From assembly GCA_030748415.1 (NCBI GenBank), contig JASMMA010000003.1, positions 81,988-145,987 of the forward strand: 64,000 bases of DNA, given 5' to 3'. This DNA comes from Planctomycetota bacterium (GTDB lineage Bacteria; Planctomycetota; UBA1135). Positions 63,463 through 64,000 of the stretch are shown here, one piece after another. The notes beneath the pieces are model-generated. The model was not told the DNA's origin and did no database searches. It worked only from the letters and a program-made list of their open reading frames with translations. The position numbers were made by a program, and so were the translations under genes. The stretch's first letter is position 1; every line of letters begins with the position of its first letter.

Positions 63463-64000
63463 ATGACTCCCCTCGAAGGCCTGTTAAAGCTCTGTGACCA
63501 AATTGATTATCTGCAGGCAAAAACTCTTGAAGGTAAGCCGGATCTCAGCGCGGAGGAAGTTGCCCGTAAGCAAGCCCATGCATTGCGTGAAGAGGTTTTT
63601 AGCCAGCTGCCTTCGCTACGAGAACACAGTAATGCGGCTGAGCTTTCTGATACTGAACTTCTAGTGCTTGCTCTTTTGTTTCACCGGCGCCTTGCTGGCG
63701 ACGACCGCATGGTGGAGGGCGGCGCTCTGGTTGGACTTTTAGGTTTGGCTGGCTATCCCCGCTCAGAAACCCTGGAGCACTTGCGACGGGACGGTCGGCT
63801 TCGGAAAGAAGGGTGGCTGCAAACTCGTTCGCAAGCTCGAGGTTTCGACCCCGTGGATACCTGGTTTGCCGCAACAAACACTGCCTTTTCTCTTTTTTGG
63901 GAAGGTGGAGGGAGCAAAAAGCCTACCGCGCAAACCTTATCTGAGGTCCCCGTTCTTCAAGCCTATCGCGATGAAGAAGATTACTTGTGGGATCTTTATG
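63463..64000 (+). CDS. Partial CDS (continues past window end), hypothetical
   Basis: ATG 63463 opens MTPLEGLLKLCDQIDYLQAKTLEGKPDLSAEEVARKQ, and the frame stays open to base 64000. It is absent from the ORF track because it is truncated. Confidence 0.5.
   Translation, partial: MTPLEGLLKLCDQIDYLQAKTLEGKPDLSAEEVARKQAHALREEVFSQLPSLREHSNAAELSDTELLVLALLFHRRLAGDDRMVEGGALVGLLGLAGYPRSETLEHLRRDGRLRKEGWLQTRSQARGFDPVDTWFAATNTAFSLFWEGGGSKKPTAQTLSEVPVLQAYRDEEDYLWDLY

Overview
This is a gene-dense 64-kb chromosomal segment from a Gram-negative-type bacterium. GC looks mid-range by eye. Many stop/start junctions overlap and Shine-Dalgarno signals are weak. The gene content (TPR and WD40 Ser/Thr kinases, three ECF-sigma modules, many secreted hydrolases) resembles Planctomycetota, Verrucomicrobiota or Myxococcota-like lineages, but I cannot assign taxonomy. 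All product calls come from motifs I recognised by eye in the supplied translations; no database search was run.

Gene content, left to right:
- ECF-like sigma module
- MATE exporter and TrmB-type regulator
- TPR Ser/Thr kinase
- tRNA(CAU) with a small AT-richer island
- PpiC, MscS, an S8 protease, SppA
- HAD hydrolase, MoxR ATPase, and a split CN-hydrolase plus NadE pair
- ECF sigma / anti-sigma / RseB-like / HEAT operon
- WD40 Ser/Thr kinase and tRNA-Arg(CCG)
- CBM9/DUF5916-like protein and a metzincin
- octahaem cytochrome
- a large alpha-glucan utilisation locus (glgP, malQ, two GH13 enzymes, ABC importer, two unknown secreted paralogs, regulator)
- purF, selU, a second S8 protease
- an mgtE-lepB-ECF sigma operon ending in a membrane alkaline-phosphatase-superfamily enzyme

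Main second-look items:
1. An unannotated SelW/Rdx-type selenoprotein gene with an in-frame UGA and an fdhF-like SECIS hairpin.
2. A single in-frame UGA, with a hairpin at the same spacing, that joins two ORFs into an octahaem cytochrome. This is a candidate selenocysteine cytochrome, or a pseudogene.
3. Four direct copies of the 5-prime half of the tRNA(CAU) gene that bracket tiny gene cassettes, with no integrase present.
4. A roughly 100-aa C-terminal domain shared by five unrelated secreted proteins in this window. It may be a sorting or anchoring tag.
5. A CBM48 glycogen-binding module fused to an ArsR-type HTH, next to paired 28-bp inverted repeats.
6. A solute-binding protein fused to an ABC permease.

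No CRISPR array, transposase, integrase or rRNA was seen.
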